A DNA stretch of 64,000 nt, taken from positions 74,097-138,096 of the forward strand of contig VRVR01000011.1 of assembly GCA_009859145.1 (NCBI GenBank), in the 5' to 3' direction. Position numbers and translations under genes: made by a program. The notes under the pieces were generated by a model. That model had not been told where the DNA came from. It saw nothing but the letters and a program-made list of their open reading frames with translations, and did no database searches. Below are positions 53,596-64,000 of this stretch, piece after piece; position 1 is the first letter of the stretch, and each line of letters begins with the position of its first letter. Origin of the DNA: Andalucia godoyi And28 (Eukaryota > Protista > Jakobida).

Positions 53596-54216
53596 TTAGA
53601 TCTTCCACATGCTTCTTCGGTCGTCCTTGTACTTCATCCAGAACCAGTACAACGAAACGCCAAACAAAATCTGGAAAAGGAACACATACACCCAGAATCC
53701 CCAAGAAGTTGATTCTTTGATGTCTTTTCCGAATGTGTGAATGCGAGTGCGGACATCCGACATTCCTTCGCCATATGTTGTGTGCATATTAGCTATCTCG
53801 ATACGCATTTTGTCGACAGCAGACGCGAGTCGAGAGACTTCCGATTGGATGCCAACGTTTGTCTGCGAAAGTGCCTGGATGTTGTTTCGGAGATCCGTAA
53901 TCTGCTGCTTGATGAGCACTACGTCATTTGATGTCGCCGAGGACTTGGTGTGAACATCATGCACAGCCTCCGAGGTTGACTTGACCTGCGATCCCATGGT
54001 CGCCAGTCGGTTATCATGCGCCGCAGATAGTTCGGCAACCGTTCGAATCATGCCTTCCATGGATGACAAACGATCCGTGACCTCGCGCAAACCCGGAACC
54101 GGCCGATCTAACGGATACTTTGACGATAAATCGACGTCTCCGTTGGAAGACGGTGTCACCGGAGTCGGGGAGGCAGGCGTCTTGTTTGTCTCGGGCACCC
54201 TTTGTTGTTGTTGTTG

Positions 54217-54257
<41 letters not shown>

Positions 54258-55341
54258 CTTGAACGCTGGAAGGGGTGCTCGAACCTGATTCTGTGTTTGT
54301 GTTCGCATTGCTGACGCCCGGATTGGGAGTACCGCTAGGTGATGCATCGACATCGCGCGTTCTGGTAACCTGCCTGTTCCTCAATCTCTCCAAGAACTGC
54401 TTCTTATAGTCCTCAAAGTCAAACTTTTCATTCTTTGCCTTGGCCTCGGTCGTTGCGGACGTGTCTGTGACTTGTGCGTCCGTATTCTCTTGCGGAGCGT
54501 CAGACACACGCAGTCCAGTTCCATCAAGAGTCTCCACACGAAACCCATGCACATCATGGTAATCCGAAAACCCGCCCGTCGCGGCCGTGAGCCCATAATA
54601 ATATCCCAATGGGAGTTGCAGATTATCAACAGAAAAGCAGTCTTGATATTTTCCCTTTCCTTCGGTATCCATCATCACAACAAGTTGCGAGTTCTGGTAC
54701 TTGATGTACACATGAACAGTTTCGATGGTGTTTCGGAACCGCGCCGTACAGCGTCCAATTGACGACTGCAGCCCATCGGTGTCGTGGTCGAACTTGAGAG
54801 AACCGTCCTTTGAAACGACAGCCATGACAATGGGACCGTCTCGCGAACCGTCATTGTCAAACGAGTCAAAGATGACACCAAGCCCTGTAAAATCATCCTG
54901 GTTTCCAAACACCCCGCCAGGAATCATCCTGTCTTTGGTGTACCAAAATGCCATTCCGTCTGCTCCAGGAGACCGCACATTATGAACCGAAATGTCAAGG
55001 AAAACTTGCCAGCTCTGCGCCATGACGGGCTCCGAATTCCACACATACCCTTTGCGAGACTTGATTGCCGGCACCAGTCGGATAAAGTTATCTGTCGGGA
55101 CTGCAGAGCCTCCATACTCCCAAAACGGAATCGCCGCCGTCGCCGAGTGCACAAACGGCTTTTGAAGCGAATGCTGCGGAAGAAGCGTCCCACGAGGAAG
55201 CTCGGAATCCAAAACTATCGCAAACGAAGTTGCCACAAGCAATGTCATCATCACTACCATCACCATCATCATCCTCGTCAAAGGAACAGGATGAGACCTG
55301 CACGGCTGACACGCAAAACATTGTGCCCGTCCAAACAGCAT
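53596..55341 (-). CDS. LMAN1: L-type lectin cargo receptor (ERGIC-53/VIP36 family)
   Basis: Hydrophobic signal, lectin domain (WEYGGSAV, GADGMAFWY, FTGLGVIFDSFDND, GLTAATGGFSDYHDV), coiled-coil stalk with poly-Q, C-terminal TM and short basic tail. Confidence 0.88.
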
Positions 55342-55786
55342 TCTCTTCTCCAAAAACAAGCCAAACCAGCAAAGGGAGATCTGTCCTTTTAAACGAATAA
55401 TGACCAAAGTTATGAAATAATAAACAAAATAATATAAACAAAGAAGGAACTGAACATATAATTCAAAAGAAGAAAAAGAAAAATTAACAGAAGAGACGAA
55501 ACATGGTCAAAACATGCCAGGTCATCATCATCCATCTTCCCATCTCCATCGAGAAAGTGGCATGCTCCAAAGACTGGGTGGTGTACAGTCGCTTATGTTT
55601 TTCGCTGCTTTTTTCTTTCTTTTTCTGTATGAATTGCAGACGGCGACTGTAAAACAGCAACAAGCAAACACGAAATATGGACAGCATAGGAGAATGAAAT
55701 GTTGGTGCAAACTGCTGGATGCAGCACTTGTTAGGGATTAGAAGAGGACGGTGGAGCAGCACTGAACGGAAAATCATAATACGACA

Positions 55787-56417
55787 ATGTCCATTTCGCT
55801 TCATACGTCGCTTGGTGATCTGCGGATTGGGTTGTTTTGTGAAGATTGTCCGGAAACAAGCCTTAATTTTCTCCGGCTTGCGGCGTCTGGAGCGTACAAT
55901 GCAACCAAGTTTCATCGCAACATTAAAGGGTTCATTGTTCAAGGAGGCGATACCACCACCGGGAATGGAAAGGGCGGTCAGACTGCTACCGGAGAACCAC
56001 TTGTTGATGAGTATGTACCAAACTTGGTTCACGACAAGCGCGGAATTGTCAGCATGGTATGATGATTTGGTTGGCGATTCTGATGTTTTTCCTTTTTCTT
56101 TTCTCTCTCTCTGTCTGTCTATCTGCGAACGAACACTCACTCACTGTTACAATTTCATGTATTACTGTTTGCGGTTGTTGTATGAACAGGCTAATTCAGG
56201 AAAAGGCACTGCGAAAAGCCAGTTCTTTATTACGTATGCAGCACATCCCAATCTCGACAGCAAATTTGTTGTTTTTGGACAAGTGTTGGATGGATTTGAC
56301 ACGCTTGAAAAAATGGAAAATGCTCCTGTGAATGACAAGAATCGTCCGATTTCTGACATCTGCATCGAAGCAATCACAATTCACGAAAACCCATTTGCGT
56401 TGCGCGGAGAAGCATGA
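55787..56417 (+). CDS. PPIL3: Cyclophilin PPIL3; exons 55787-56056 and 56190-56417
   Basis: MSISLHTSLGDLRI, FHRNIKGFIVQGGD, HDKRGIVSM joined to ANSG...SQFFITY..HPNLD; donor GTATGA at 56057, acceptor ACAG ending at 56189. Confidence 0.93.
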
Positions 56418-56456
56418 GTGATGAAGTCAGTGGTGGAGAAGGAGGAGTCTGAATCC

Positions 56457-57188
56457 TCACCGTCTGTGCTGCGACAAATGCTTCAGCAGCATGGATGACT
56501 TTGACGGAAGGACATGCGGAACTCGTCGCAGTGTCAGAGATATCCGATCGGCATGCTGGTCCGACCCATGGATTCCATGCATCCAGTCCTGGTACAACGA
56601 ATCTGTAAAGATCAACAGGGATCTTCGAGGAACATCTACTCGGTAGGTTTTCTGTTGTTGTTTTTGTTCCTGCTGCTGCAGCTGCTGGTCGCGGTGCTGG
56701 TGGTGGTGGTGGCTATGGTTCTCCAGGCCTTCTGGTACATCCTCCTGCTCAATGACCGGTTTCGCAAAATGAAATGTGGTGCTCGAAAGAAGCGACAGAA
56801 TCAAAACCACTGGTTCATAAAGCGGGCCATCTTTGTGATCGAGGATTCCTTGTCCTGCTTGATACCAATTGATCAAGACATGATTCAGAGATGCAGAACA
56901 CGGTTCCAAGACTCTGGATTGCGCAACGGACAACACAGACCTTAAAAATGCCGGAATCGGCTCTGGAATCATCCCTTTTTCATGTGGTTTCCCACCAACC
57001 TGCAAAACTCGGCGATTCGACAAGCTGACCCACGACGCATTTGCTGTATACTCCCGAATGTCAGAAACCAGCTGCGTTTCTTCATCTTCGGTGATAAACT
57101 CTGGCACGATATACACACACTCGGGGAGATCCGTACTCCTCGCTGCCAAAAGTCTGTCCTTGCTCAACAAAATCCCAGTTTGGCTCAT
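56457..57188 (-). CDS. ALKBH6: AlkB family 2OG-Fe(II) dioxygenase, ALKBH6-like
   Basis: YIVPEFITEDEE, WVSLSNRRVLQVGG, NHVLINWY..GQGILDHKDGP (HxD), WMHGI (His), RISLTLR; start at 57188. Confidence 0.88.
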   Translation of the reverse strand: MSQTGILLSKDRLLAARSTDLPECVYIVPEFITEDEETQLVSDIREYTANASWVSLSNRRVLQVGGKPHEKGMIPEPIPAFLRSVLSVAQSRVLEPCSASLNHVLINWYQAGQGILDHKDGPLYEPVVLILSLLSSTTFHFAKPVIEQEDVPEGLENHSHHHHQHRDQQLQQQEQKQQQKTYRVDVPRRSLLIFTDSLYQDWMHGIHGSDQHADRISLTLRRVPHVLPSKSSMLLKHLSQHRR

Positions 57189-57458
57189 AGATTCGAAGCT
57201 GTGACAAACAAAAAGTAACAGCAAGATGAACGAACAAAAGGAAAATGTATGAACGAACGAAAAAGAGAATGTGAGGACAAGAAGAAGAAAAAAAACGAAA
57301 GAACACATTGCATGAAAGACCACTTCGTTTGTCTTGAGAACTTTTTGAAAACTTGGGAGCCTCAACTGTTCAGTAACCACAGCAAGAACTGTGATCTTCG
57401 ACGGAGAAAGGTGATACGAGAGAGGTCTGTTCAAAGAACCGTGTGGGCTTCGTTACAC

Positions 57459-58676
57459 TTACGAAAACAGGAAAGAAGCAATGTCATGAATGGACGATTT
57501 CTCATCCGTGTTCTTTTGTTGAGCCGAGTTGGTTGTGGCTCGTTTCGAAGAACTCGAGGTAGCGCATGAACCTGCCGTTGTTGTGAGCACTGACGGCTTC
57601 ATAGTCGGAGAAATCGTCTTCGCCACCTTTGATGGTTGTGCTTCATTGGAAACTCTGCAATCGTCCCGCTGTCGCTTCCTCGAATTCTTGTGCTTGCTTT
57701 GCAGGACGTCTCGAAGTCTGAACTTTACAGGGCCGCTCGAGGTGTCCTCCTTTGGAGCCTTTCCTTTGGAACACTCCGATGGCTCGACGCAGCTACTAAG
57801 TAAAGGGTCATTCAGCAATCGCAGATTCGAGGACGACGATGATGGTGGTGGTGATGATGATGCTGTTGCTGTGTCTCTCGTCACACGTGCTCCAAAAACC
57901 GGCTTCACAATCTCGTCCCATTCGGAGCTATCCGAGTCCGAGGTCACCTCGAATGGGTTCTTCGTGTCCCCGAGCACCTGCAAGCCCCCATTATTCACCT
58001 TTCCAAGCAGTCTGGCCGCGGAATCAGACAATGGCAACACTGCTTCTTTCGCACCAACAACGCTATCCACTGCAGCGTTGGAAACGAGGAACGTGCTTGG
58101 ATCGGCCATGGGGACACCGAGCAGACTATCCTCGCCAACGACCCCAATATCTTCATTGCGCTGCATCATTCCGCCGCATTGGAGACCGGAGAGCAGCCGT
58201 GATCGAATGGAAAGCGTGCACAAAGGAGAAGAAAGAATGCTCTTCGAAATCACACTTTGAGCTGCAAAAAGGTAGTGGTGCATTCTCGCAAGAACCGCAA
58301 AAATCGAGGCGCAGAAGCTCATGAACAAAGATTGCGACAATGTTGCAGCGACATACGTCCCGCATCGCGTGATCTTCTCCAAAGCGGTTGCAAGCTGCCG
58401 TTCGACGTTGCACAATATCTCAAACACTACACACGCATCCGGCTTCTTTGTGGATGTTGCAGAACGGTCAGATCGGATGATCTCCTCAAACAACCGGATT
58501 GGCTCTCCACTAAGCAGAACTGCTACGTGCCTTCGAACAGCATTGCACGACTGAAAGAACCCCAACTGCCGATACGAATTCCAGTTTCTCGCATACAGTT
58601 TTCTGAACAACTCGAATTCCGCCAAGAATGATTTATGCTTCCAAGTTTGAAAAGGGAGCAACTGCAGCTGCGACAT
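57459..58676 (-). CDS. NEPRO/Rmp1-like protein (DUF4477-type N-terminal domain; putative RNase MRP-associated factor)
   Basis: EFELFRKLYARNWNSYRQLGFFQSCNAVRRHV and FMSFCASIFAVLARMHHYL resemble the helical NEPRO/Rmp1 domain; disordered basic tail ending IHDIASFLFS. Confidence 0.6.
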   Translation of the reverse strand: MSQLQLLPFQTWKHKSFLAEFELFRKLYARNWNSYRQLGFFQSCNAVRRHVAVLLSGEPIRLFEEIIRSDRSATSTKKPDACVVFEILCNVERQLATALEKITRCGTYVAATLSQSLFMSFCASIFAVLARMHHYLFAAQSVISKSILSSPLCTLSIRSRLLSGLQCGGMMQRNEDIGVVGEDSLLGVPMADPSTFLVSNAAVDSVVGAKEAVLPLSDSAARLLGKVNNGGLQVLGDTKNPFEVTSDSDSSEWDEIVKPVFGARVTRDTATASSSPPPSSSSSNLRLLNDPLLSSCVEPSECSKGKAPKEDTSSGPVKFRLRDVLQSKHKNSRKRQRDDCRVSNEAQPSKVAKTISPTMKPSVLTTTAGSCATSSSSKRATTNSAQQKNTDEKSSIHDIASFLFS

Positions 58677-59020
58677 GGTCGTGTAGCTCAGGTTTTCCAC
58701 CAAAACACCACAAACGACCAGAAATCCACTATCGCAACCACAATCTCAATGGAAACCACACGCTGATCAGCAGCCGTCAAATAGAAACACGTCATTGTCA
58801 TGCATACGGAAGGAAAGTATACATAAACAGACACGGTCAATACTGGCCGACACTAGCACGTTTGCTTCACAAGAATTCGTGCTTACGCACGCTCGGCCAG
58901 AATTCAGCGTGCGACACAGGTCCTGCATTTTCGACACTCTTTAACGCAGCATCCGTAGCCATCTATTCTATCATTCGTTGGTTCCGCTTTATTAATTCAA
59001 ATATGGGCGTGAGCGCGCAC

Positions 59021-59398
59021 GGATGACGCTACGCCGCTCGACACAGGGCCTCCTAGGTCCCGCAGACCTCCTAAGAAACCACGTGTCACTACGCCTGCCG
59101 CCTCTTCCTCTCGTATCTCCAGGTGCATCAATCGCTGCAACTGAGGACACGAAAGCGCCTGCTGCTGCTAGGGCCGTCAGCATCAAAAAATGCACCCTTC
59201 TCAGGAACAACGTGTCACGCTGAGAAGGTGGCTCACAGATTGACCGAGATTGGGAACGGAGCGCGGAACATCTATCTGAAGCGCGCCGTGAGGCGTGTTG
59301 GGGACCTATCCCGTTCCCGGCAACGGGATGCAAGATTGAACATGCATGTCTATACGTAGATATGCAGCATGTTCAGTGCATAATGTAAGCGTCATTCC
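59021..59398 (-). ncRNA. Candidate structured ncRNA, locus A (homologous to 30042-30262)
   Basis: GC-rich intergenic segment without a convincing ORF; three 8-9 bp local hairpins, a terminal long-range stem, and four motifs shared with locus B; strand tentative. Confidence 0.5.
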
Positions 59399-59766
59399 TC
59401 AGCTTCACCTGATTGCGCGGAGCTTCAAAGCACGGAAAAGCCAGTTCACTGCCGAAACTTTGTGAGAAATCCATCTGAACAGGAGACAGTCGTGCGGCAG
59501 AGGCTCGTAATCATAATGACGACGACGACGATGATGATAACAACAAAACTTTACATAAAGACGGGAGATAGAAGCCGCGGAATACGCGCAAAAACCCCAA
59601 CGCTAATAAAACGATACATATTGCAACCCGCAACCCACTACTTTCGCAAGACTTCGCAACGTCGGAAACACCACTCGAAAAAACCAAGACAAAGCACGAA
59701 CACCATCGAGGCACACCAATGCAGATGACGGCAAGGCTGTTGCATTGCCCTGCTCGGATTTTTCGA

Positions 59767-60708
59767 TCAGTCGAAGAAATAAGTCTGTTCAAAGTCAATG
59801 ATAATTCGACCTGTGAACAGCGGTTGGTAATTATAAATGAGAGCATTCGTCTCGTCCACAGGATTTGCAAACTTGTGGTTGGACTGCCGAGCCTGGGCCA
59901 GGAAAAAGTTGGCAATGTACTGGTTGGCATAAATCGCATTGGGTGTGTGCGAAGTGACTTCTTCCGTTGTCCACTCAAATTGCGGCTTCTCGGGGTGCCA
60001 TTGCGTGCCGTACAGACCGTACGTCGGTGCTTCGATTGTTGAGACAAACGTTCTTCCCTCTCGATCCTGGTTCAGAGATGTGACCTGGAAGACATCTCCA
60101 AGACCTTTTGTTTGATTGAACGTCGATGGACTGATTCCATAGCCGTGATTGTTCATGGTCACCGCCTCCGAGCCCAAAATGTTCACAATGTCCTGCGGAG
60201 CAGAGCTTCCAAACATTGCTGATGATTTTGCCGCAGGCGTAAACGAAAGCGGGAGAGTGATATTTTCAGAGTCGAAAGATTCGAGAATCTCGGGATTTCC
60301 ACACATGACCGAAATAAGCAGCTCAAATCCCATGCACGTCCCATGCAGTGGGAAGACATCTCCTTGCGAGTTCATCTGCATAACTTTCTGTACAATGTAA
60401 TACGCAGTATCATACAACGTGCTGTGGTCCAAATCCGCTCCGCCGCCAGGAAATACGATTCCATTCAACGACGCAAGATAGAAATCAAGTTCCGTTGGCG
60501 TTGCGTCATAGGGAACAGGCACTACACGCGCACCTGCAGACTCGATCCATTTCACATACGATGCAGCGATGTACGACTCGCCAAACGGCGCGAGGATATC
60601 TCCAGTTGGCTGCGTCAGGATGCCAATGATAGGCCGCACATTCACCGCAGACAATGTTCCAATACAGCAAAACAACAAGCAAAAACTACACAGCAGAAAC
60701 CGAAGCAT
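59767..60708 (-). CDS. GGH: Gamma-glutamyl hydrolase (peptidase C26)
   Basis: Signal peptide, RPIIGILTQ, YIAASYVKWIESAGARVVP, catalytic GTCMGFE and QWHPE. Confidence 0.95.
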   Translation of the reverse strand: MLRFLLCSFCLLFCCIGTLSAVNVRPIIGILTQPTGDILAPFGESYIAASYVKWIESAGARVVPVPYDATPTELDFYLASLNGIVFPGGGADLDHSTLYDTAYYIVQKVMQMNSQGDVFPLHGTCMGFELLISVMCGNPEILESFDSENITLPLSFTPAAKSSAMFGSSAPQDIVNILGSEAVTMNNHGYGISPSTFNQTKGLGDVFQVTSLNQDREGRTFVSTIEAPTYGLYGTQWHPEKPQFEWTTEEVTSHTPNAIYANQYIANFFLAQARQSNHKFANPVDETNALIYNYQPLFTGRIIIDFEQTYFFD

Positions 60709-60802
60709 TTTCTTTTTTAACAGCAACAACAACAGCTCGGACCAAACGCAACTTGCGGAGGAAAATCCGTGTAATGTGACAAGCCGAGGTCCGATGACGT
60801 GC

Positions 60803-60846
60803 CTAAGAAGAGAAGAAGAGAAGAGAAGAGAAGAGAAGAGAAGAGA

Positions 60847-60893
<47 letters not shown>

Positions 60894-60975
60894 GAGAAGA
60901 GAGAGAAGAGAGAGAAGAGAGAGAAGAGAAGAGAAAGCAGAAAACAGAAAAGAGAAGAGAGAAGAGAGAAAGGAG
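60803..60975. repeat. Purine-rich compound microsatellite (AGAAG)n/(AG)n
   Basis: About 170 nt of almost pure A/G on the + strand. Confidence 0.9.
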
Positions 60976-61214
60976 AAGAGAAAAACGAAAAGGAGCGGAA
61001 AATGGGAAAGTCCGAACAATGACGAGATTTCCCGGCGGAAATTCAAAAGGAAAGGTGCTTTTTCCTCATCATCTACAGCTGATGGCGGTCGAATTGCATT
61101 TCGTTCTTTCTTCTTCGTTTGTTCGGTTTTGCTTTTTTGATTTGCTTTTGATTGATATTTTAATTTTTCCTTTCTGTTTTTGTTTTCCTCGTTTAAGATT
61201 TTGACTTTTTTTAG

Positions 61215-61442
61215 ATGACCGAGGAAAGGCAGTTGCAGCAATGGGCTGTGTTTGACAAGGTCAGACCGCTTTTTCAGCAGAAACAGTCCCGAAAGCACTT
61301 TCCTATTCAGTTTCACTTGTTTAATCTCGGTCTTGCGGTGATTCCGGCACTCGGTCTCATTGCGTTCTTCTCCGTCTTGCGCCAGAATAGAGCCGCCGCG
61401 CTTCGAGGTGATTCGCAATCGGAACTTCCTACAAAGTCCTAA
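61215..61442 (+). CDS. Small single-TM protein (75 aa)
   Basis: ATG follows an AT-rich spacer; hydrophobic FHLFNLGLAVIPALGLIAFFSVL; occupies the otherwise empty GGH-CDC16 interval. Confidence 0.45.
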   Translation: MTEERQLQQWAVFDKVRPLFQQKQSRKHFPIQFHLFNLGLAVIPALGLIAFFSVLRQNRAAALRGDSQSELPTKS

Positions 61443-61883
61443 TGAAGACCGGGGCTTGGAATCCCTCATTCAATGTATCACGTTGCCGCGTTGTCCCAAC
61501 TGTTCATCATCGTCCCTATTATTGGTTGCAATGCTGTTGTCTTTCTCAGATGATTCGATGCGGGGTTCATGACAAGCTCCTCTGTGTCGCTGCATGCTGG
61601 ATGGAATGCCAACGACTCCATCGTCCAGCCTCGTTGTGAAATGTCCCTTGTTTTTGTTTCGTTTTTGTCGCTTCCGGGAAGAAGAAAGAGGAGGAAAGAA
61701 CACGTCACACTGTGTCCCATTATTATGCGTGCAGTGGTGGGAATTCAGCATCGCGGTACAATGTAAAATACATTTTTTTAAATGAAAATAAAAAACAAGG
61801 AAAACGGCTGGGGGGGTTCGGTGAACGATGCCTTCATTTCAATATTACAAAAGAAGAAAGGGGGGGGGGGAGAAGCGGCAACG

Positions 61884-63779
61884 TCATCGCTTGGATATTC
61901 TGTTATCGACGCCGTACTGTTCCGACGCAGATTCCATGGCAGCCCGCAGGAACTTTGCGAGCGCAACGTTTTCGAACTGCGGCTGAATGCTCTGCGCCTT
62001 GTGGTACATGAGAATCGCCTCATCGATGCTGCCCTTGAGATGCAGCGCGATCCCCAATGCGAAATACACATCGACTTCCAGGGGACGGACCTGAATGCAT
62101 TGCCGATACAGCTCGATCGATTCATCAACCTTGGCAAGGCTCCGCAGAGCATGTGCTGCGTTCATTGCAAATTCGAAACTCCCATCGGTAATGCGATGAC
62201 CAGGGGACTGGGCGAGGGCCAGTGCTAAGGCCTTTTGGAAGAACATGGATGCATCCGCCAACAAGCCTTGCCGATATTTCAGCACTCCCAGTTCGTTCCA
62301 GACACATGGATCCGATGCACCGTGTTTGCAAGCCGTATCTAAATTCATTTCAGCGAACGGGAAATTATCGGCAGTCATGTACTCTTGCCCCAGGTACAGG
62401 AGAGGTACATGCGATTCGGGACACAAACGCTGTGCTTGTCGGTAGGCCGCGATGGCTTGATCCGACTCGTCCTCCATGGTATAGGAATGACCAATCGCGA
62501 TGTGTGCTTCGGGAAATCGCGAATGCTTGCTCACGGCTTTGATCAGCCACTTTCGAGCCTTGTCGCATTGCCGCTGCGCAAGACAGTACACTCCAGAGAT
62601 GTAAAACCCCACAGCTTCCGCTAACGGTCCTTGCACTCCTGGTGGATTCTTCAGATTGTGTGATGCAAGAACGTACAGGTCCTGGATCCTCCCAAGAGAA
62701 AAGAGAATCGAAACAAACAGCAGCTGTGCCTGGGGATTCGACACCTCCAAGAAAGCTTGGTACGGCGAAGGCTGCAGAATTGCGAAAGCGTCGGGGTTCA
62801 CAAGTGGAACATCAAAAGCATCCACGGCTCCGAGTTCCTTCTTCCGTCTTCCATCCCTTCCCACGAAGGACGCTACGAACGAATGGGACAGCCCAGATCC
62901 ATGGCGAGAAAACGACAGGAATGGCACGGAAGACGCAGATCGACACGAGTGAATGACTGCCAACGCTTCATTGAACTGCCGTTGCTCCTCCATTTGTCTG
63001 GTCTGCGCGAGTACAACACTCGAACTGAGCTGCAGCCCGTACACCTCTGTGCAGTCCTGAATTGCCGATGCCCTATGTTTCATGTTTTGAGATGAGAGTC
63101 CGTACACCGAACGCACAAAGGGAGGCAGTGACTCTAGCAGCGCAAACTCGTCGTCCGCGCTGGTCTGCGCCATCTCCTGCAGTCGACGGAACGCCTCATG
63201 CTGAAACGGGTCTGCCTCCAGCGCACTGGCATACCAATGTGCAGCTCTACTGAAGTTTTCAAGCGCCTCATAAATCCTCCCTCTGCAGAAGAAAAACGCA
63301 GCAAGCGCCGTGGGACTTGTCGTCAATGCACTTTCAGCAGCAGAATCTTCTCCAAGCAAGTCAAAGGCAGCATCCCAATCCTGGATTTCAATCATCGCTT
63401 GCACGCAAAGCAAACGAGCCTCTACATTGCGCTGCGCAAGGCGAAATTGTTGCCGCAGCAGAAATGACACTCTTGCAAACTCGCGACTGTGAAACAAACT
63501 GGTCGCAAGCATCAGCACAGCGTGGGTAAACTCGGCTTCGAAAAAATCTTCCTTCTTATCAAAACTAGCATTGATACTGGTTGTGGACCGCTCCGCGTGC
63601 TCAGCGTGACACCCTTCATGAATATGCGATGCAGAAGCCTGTAGTTGACGGTCGGATTCATGTTGCGCAAGCATCAACGACACCAGTTGATCTGCAAAAA
63701 ACGTCGCACTTTTGAACTGTCGCGAATCAATAAGCGACTGAACAGCTCGCCGCAGCTGATTCAACGACCCAGAATCCAT
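61884..63779 (-). CDS. CDC16: Anaphase-promoting complex subunit CDC16/APC6 (TPR protein)
   Basis: N-terminal RQFKSATFFADQL, then TPRs with AHIAIGHSYTMEDESDQAIAAY, LYLGQEY, DPCVWNELGVLKY; ATG at 63779. Confidence 0.88.
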   Translation of the reverse strand: MDSGSLNQLRRAVQSLIDSRQFKSATFFADQLVSLMLAQHESDRQLQASASHIHEGCHAEHAERSTTSINASFDKKEDFFEAEFTHAVLMLATSLFHSREFARVSFLLRQQFRLAQRNVEARLLCVQAMIEIQDWDAAFDLLGEDSAAESALTTSPTALAAFFFCRGRIYEALENFSRAAHWYASALEADPFQHEAFRRLQEMAQTSADDEFALLESLPPFVRSVYGLSSQNMKHRASAIQDCTEVYGLQLSSSVVLAQTRQMEEQRQFNEALAVIHSCRSASSVPFLSFSRHGSGLSHSFVASFVGRDGRRKKELGAVDAFDVPLVNPDAFAILQPSPYQAFLEVSNPQAQLLFVSILFSLGRIQDLYVLASHNLKNPPGVQGPLAEAVGFYISGVYCLAQRQCDKARKWLIKAVSKHSRFPEAHIAIGHSYTMEDESDQAIAAYRQAQRLCPESHVPLLYLGQEYMTADNFPFAEMNLDTACKHGASDPCVWNELGVLKYRQGLLADASMFFQKALALALAQSPGHRITDGSFEFAMNAAHALRSLAKVDESIELYRQCIQVRPLEVDVYFALGIALHLKGSIDEAILMYHKAQSIQPQFENVALAKFLRAAMESASEQYGVDNRISKR

Positions 63780-64000
63780 CTCCAGAAAGCCAAATCCCGC
63801 CACGCAACGTCCAAATCCCCGCACACCAACAAACCCAGCAACGAAATCACAAATGCTAAATTAAATGAATTCGTCCAAAAAGCAACCAGGATGCACACTG
63901 AAAGCTGGAAAAAAGCGTTTTGGGGGGGCGCCACAAACTACGGCAGTTTTCCGCGATTGAGTATATTCACCCACTTGAAATTTGAGTCGTGTTTCGCACA

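Noticed and set aside
59011-59287. U3 or box C/D snoRNA reading of locus A (GGATGA ... CTGA within a GCGCGC stem)
   Set aside because: No box A or 18S complementarity, box order does not fit U3, and these boxes are not shared with locus B
1-64000. CRISPR arrays, tRNA, rRNA, transposase or reverse transcriptase genes
   Set aside because: No repeat-spacer array, cloverleaf, rRNA conserved block, or DDE/RT/tyrosine recombinase motif was seen

Overview
Gene-dense, intron-poor eukaryotic nuclear DNA, most consistent with an aerobic protist with a compact genome. Support: a mitoribosomal mS25 gene, a mitochondrial-type FabG, an O2-dependent tryptophan dioxygenase, and short microsatellite-rich intergenic spacers. 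The taxon cannot be fixed from sequence alone. About 33 protein-coding genes are supported. Recognisable ones: TMEM184-like, TAF1C/Rrn6-like, exportin-4, MLF, two-repeat Myb, VPS45, MAF1, FabG/CBR4, ABCG with a Cys-rich ectodomain, mS25, Sec7-PH-TBC, TSEN54, SPT6, PAP2 phosphatase, TDO, L-type lectin, PPIL3, ALKBH6, NEPRO/Rmp1-like, gamma-glutamyl hydrolase and CDC16/APC6. Six spliceosomal introns were reconstructed by hand, five with GTATG[A/T] donors; they reveal genes or exons that the ORF track misses. No tRNA, rRNA, CRISPR array or transposase was seen. The most interesting signals are non-coding. (1) Two diverged, oppositely oriented intergenic loci (about 30.0-30.3 kb and 59.0-59.4 kb) share four collinear motifs with signs of compensatory pairing, a candidate structured RNA family that I could not assign to a known class. 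(2) A near-identical ~310 bp element at 5.5 kb and 21.9 kb has internal substitutions that preserve a predicted + strand fold. At the protein level, the Sec7-PH-TBC fusion has both TBC catalytic fingers substituted.
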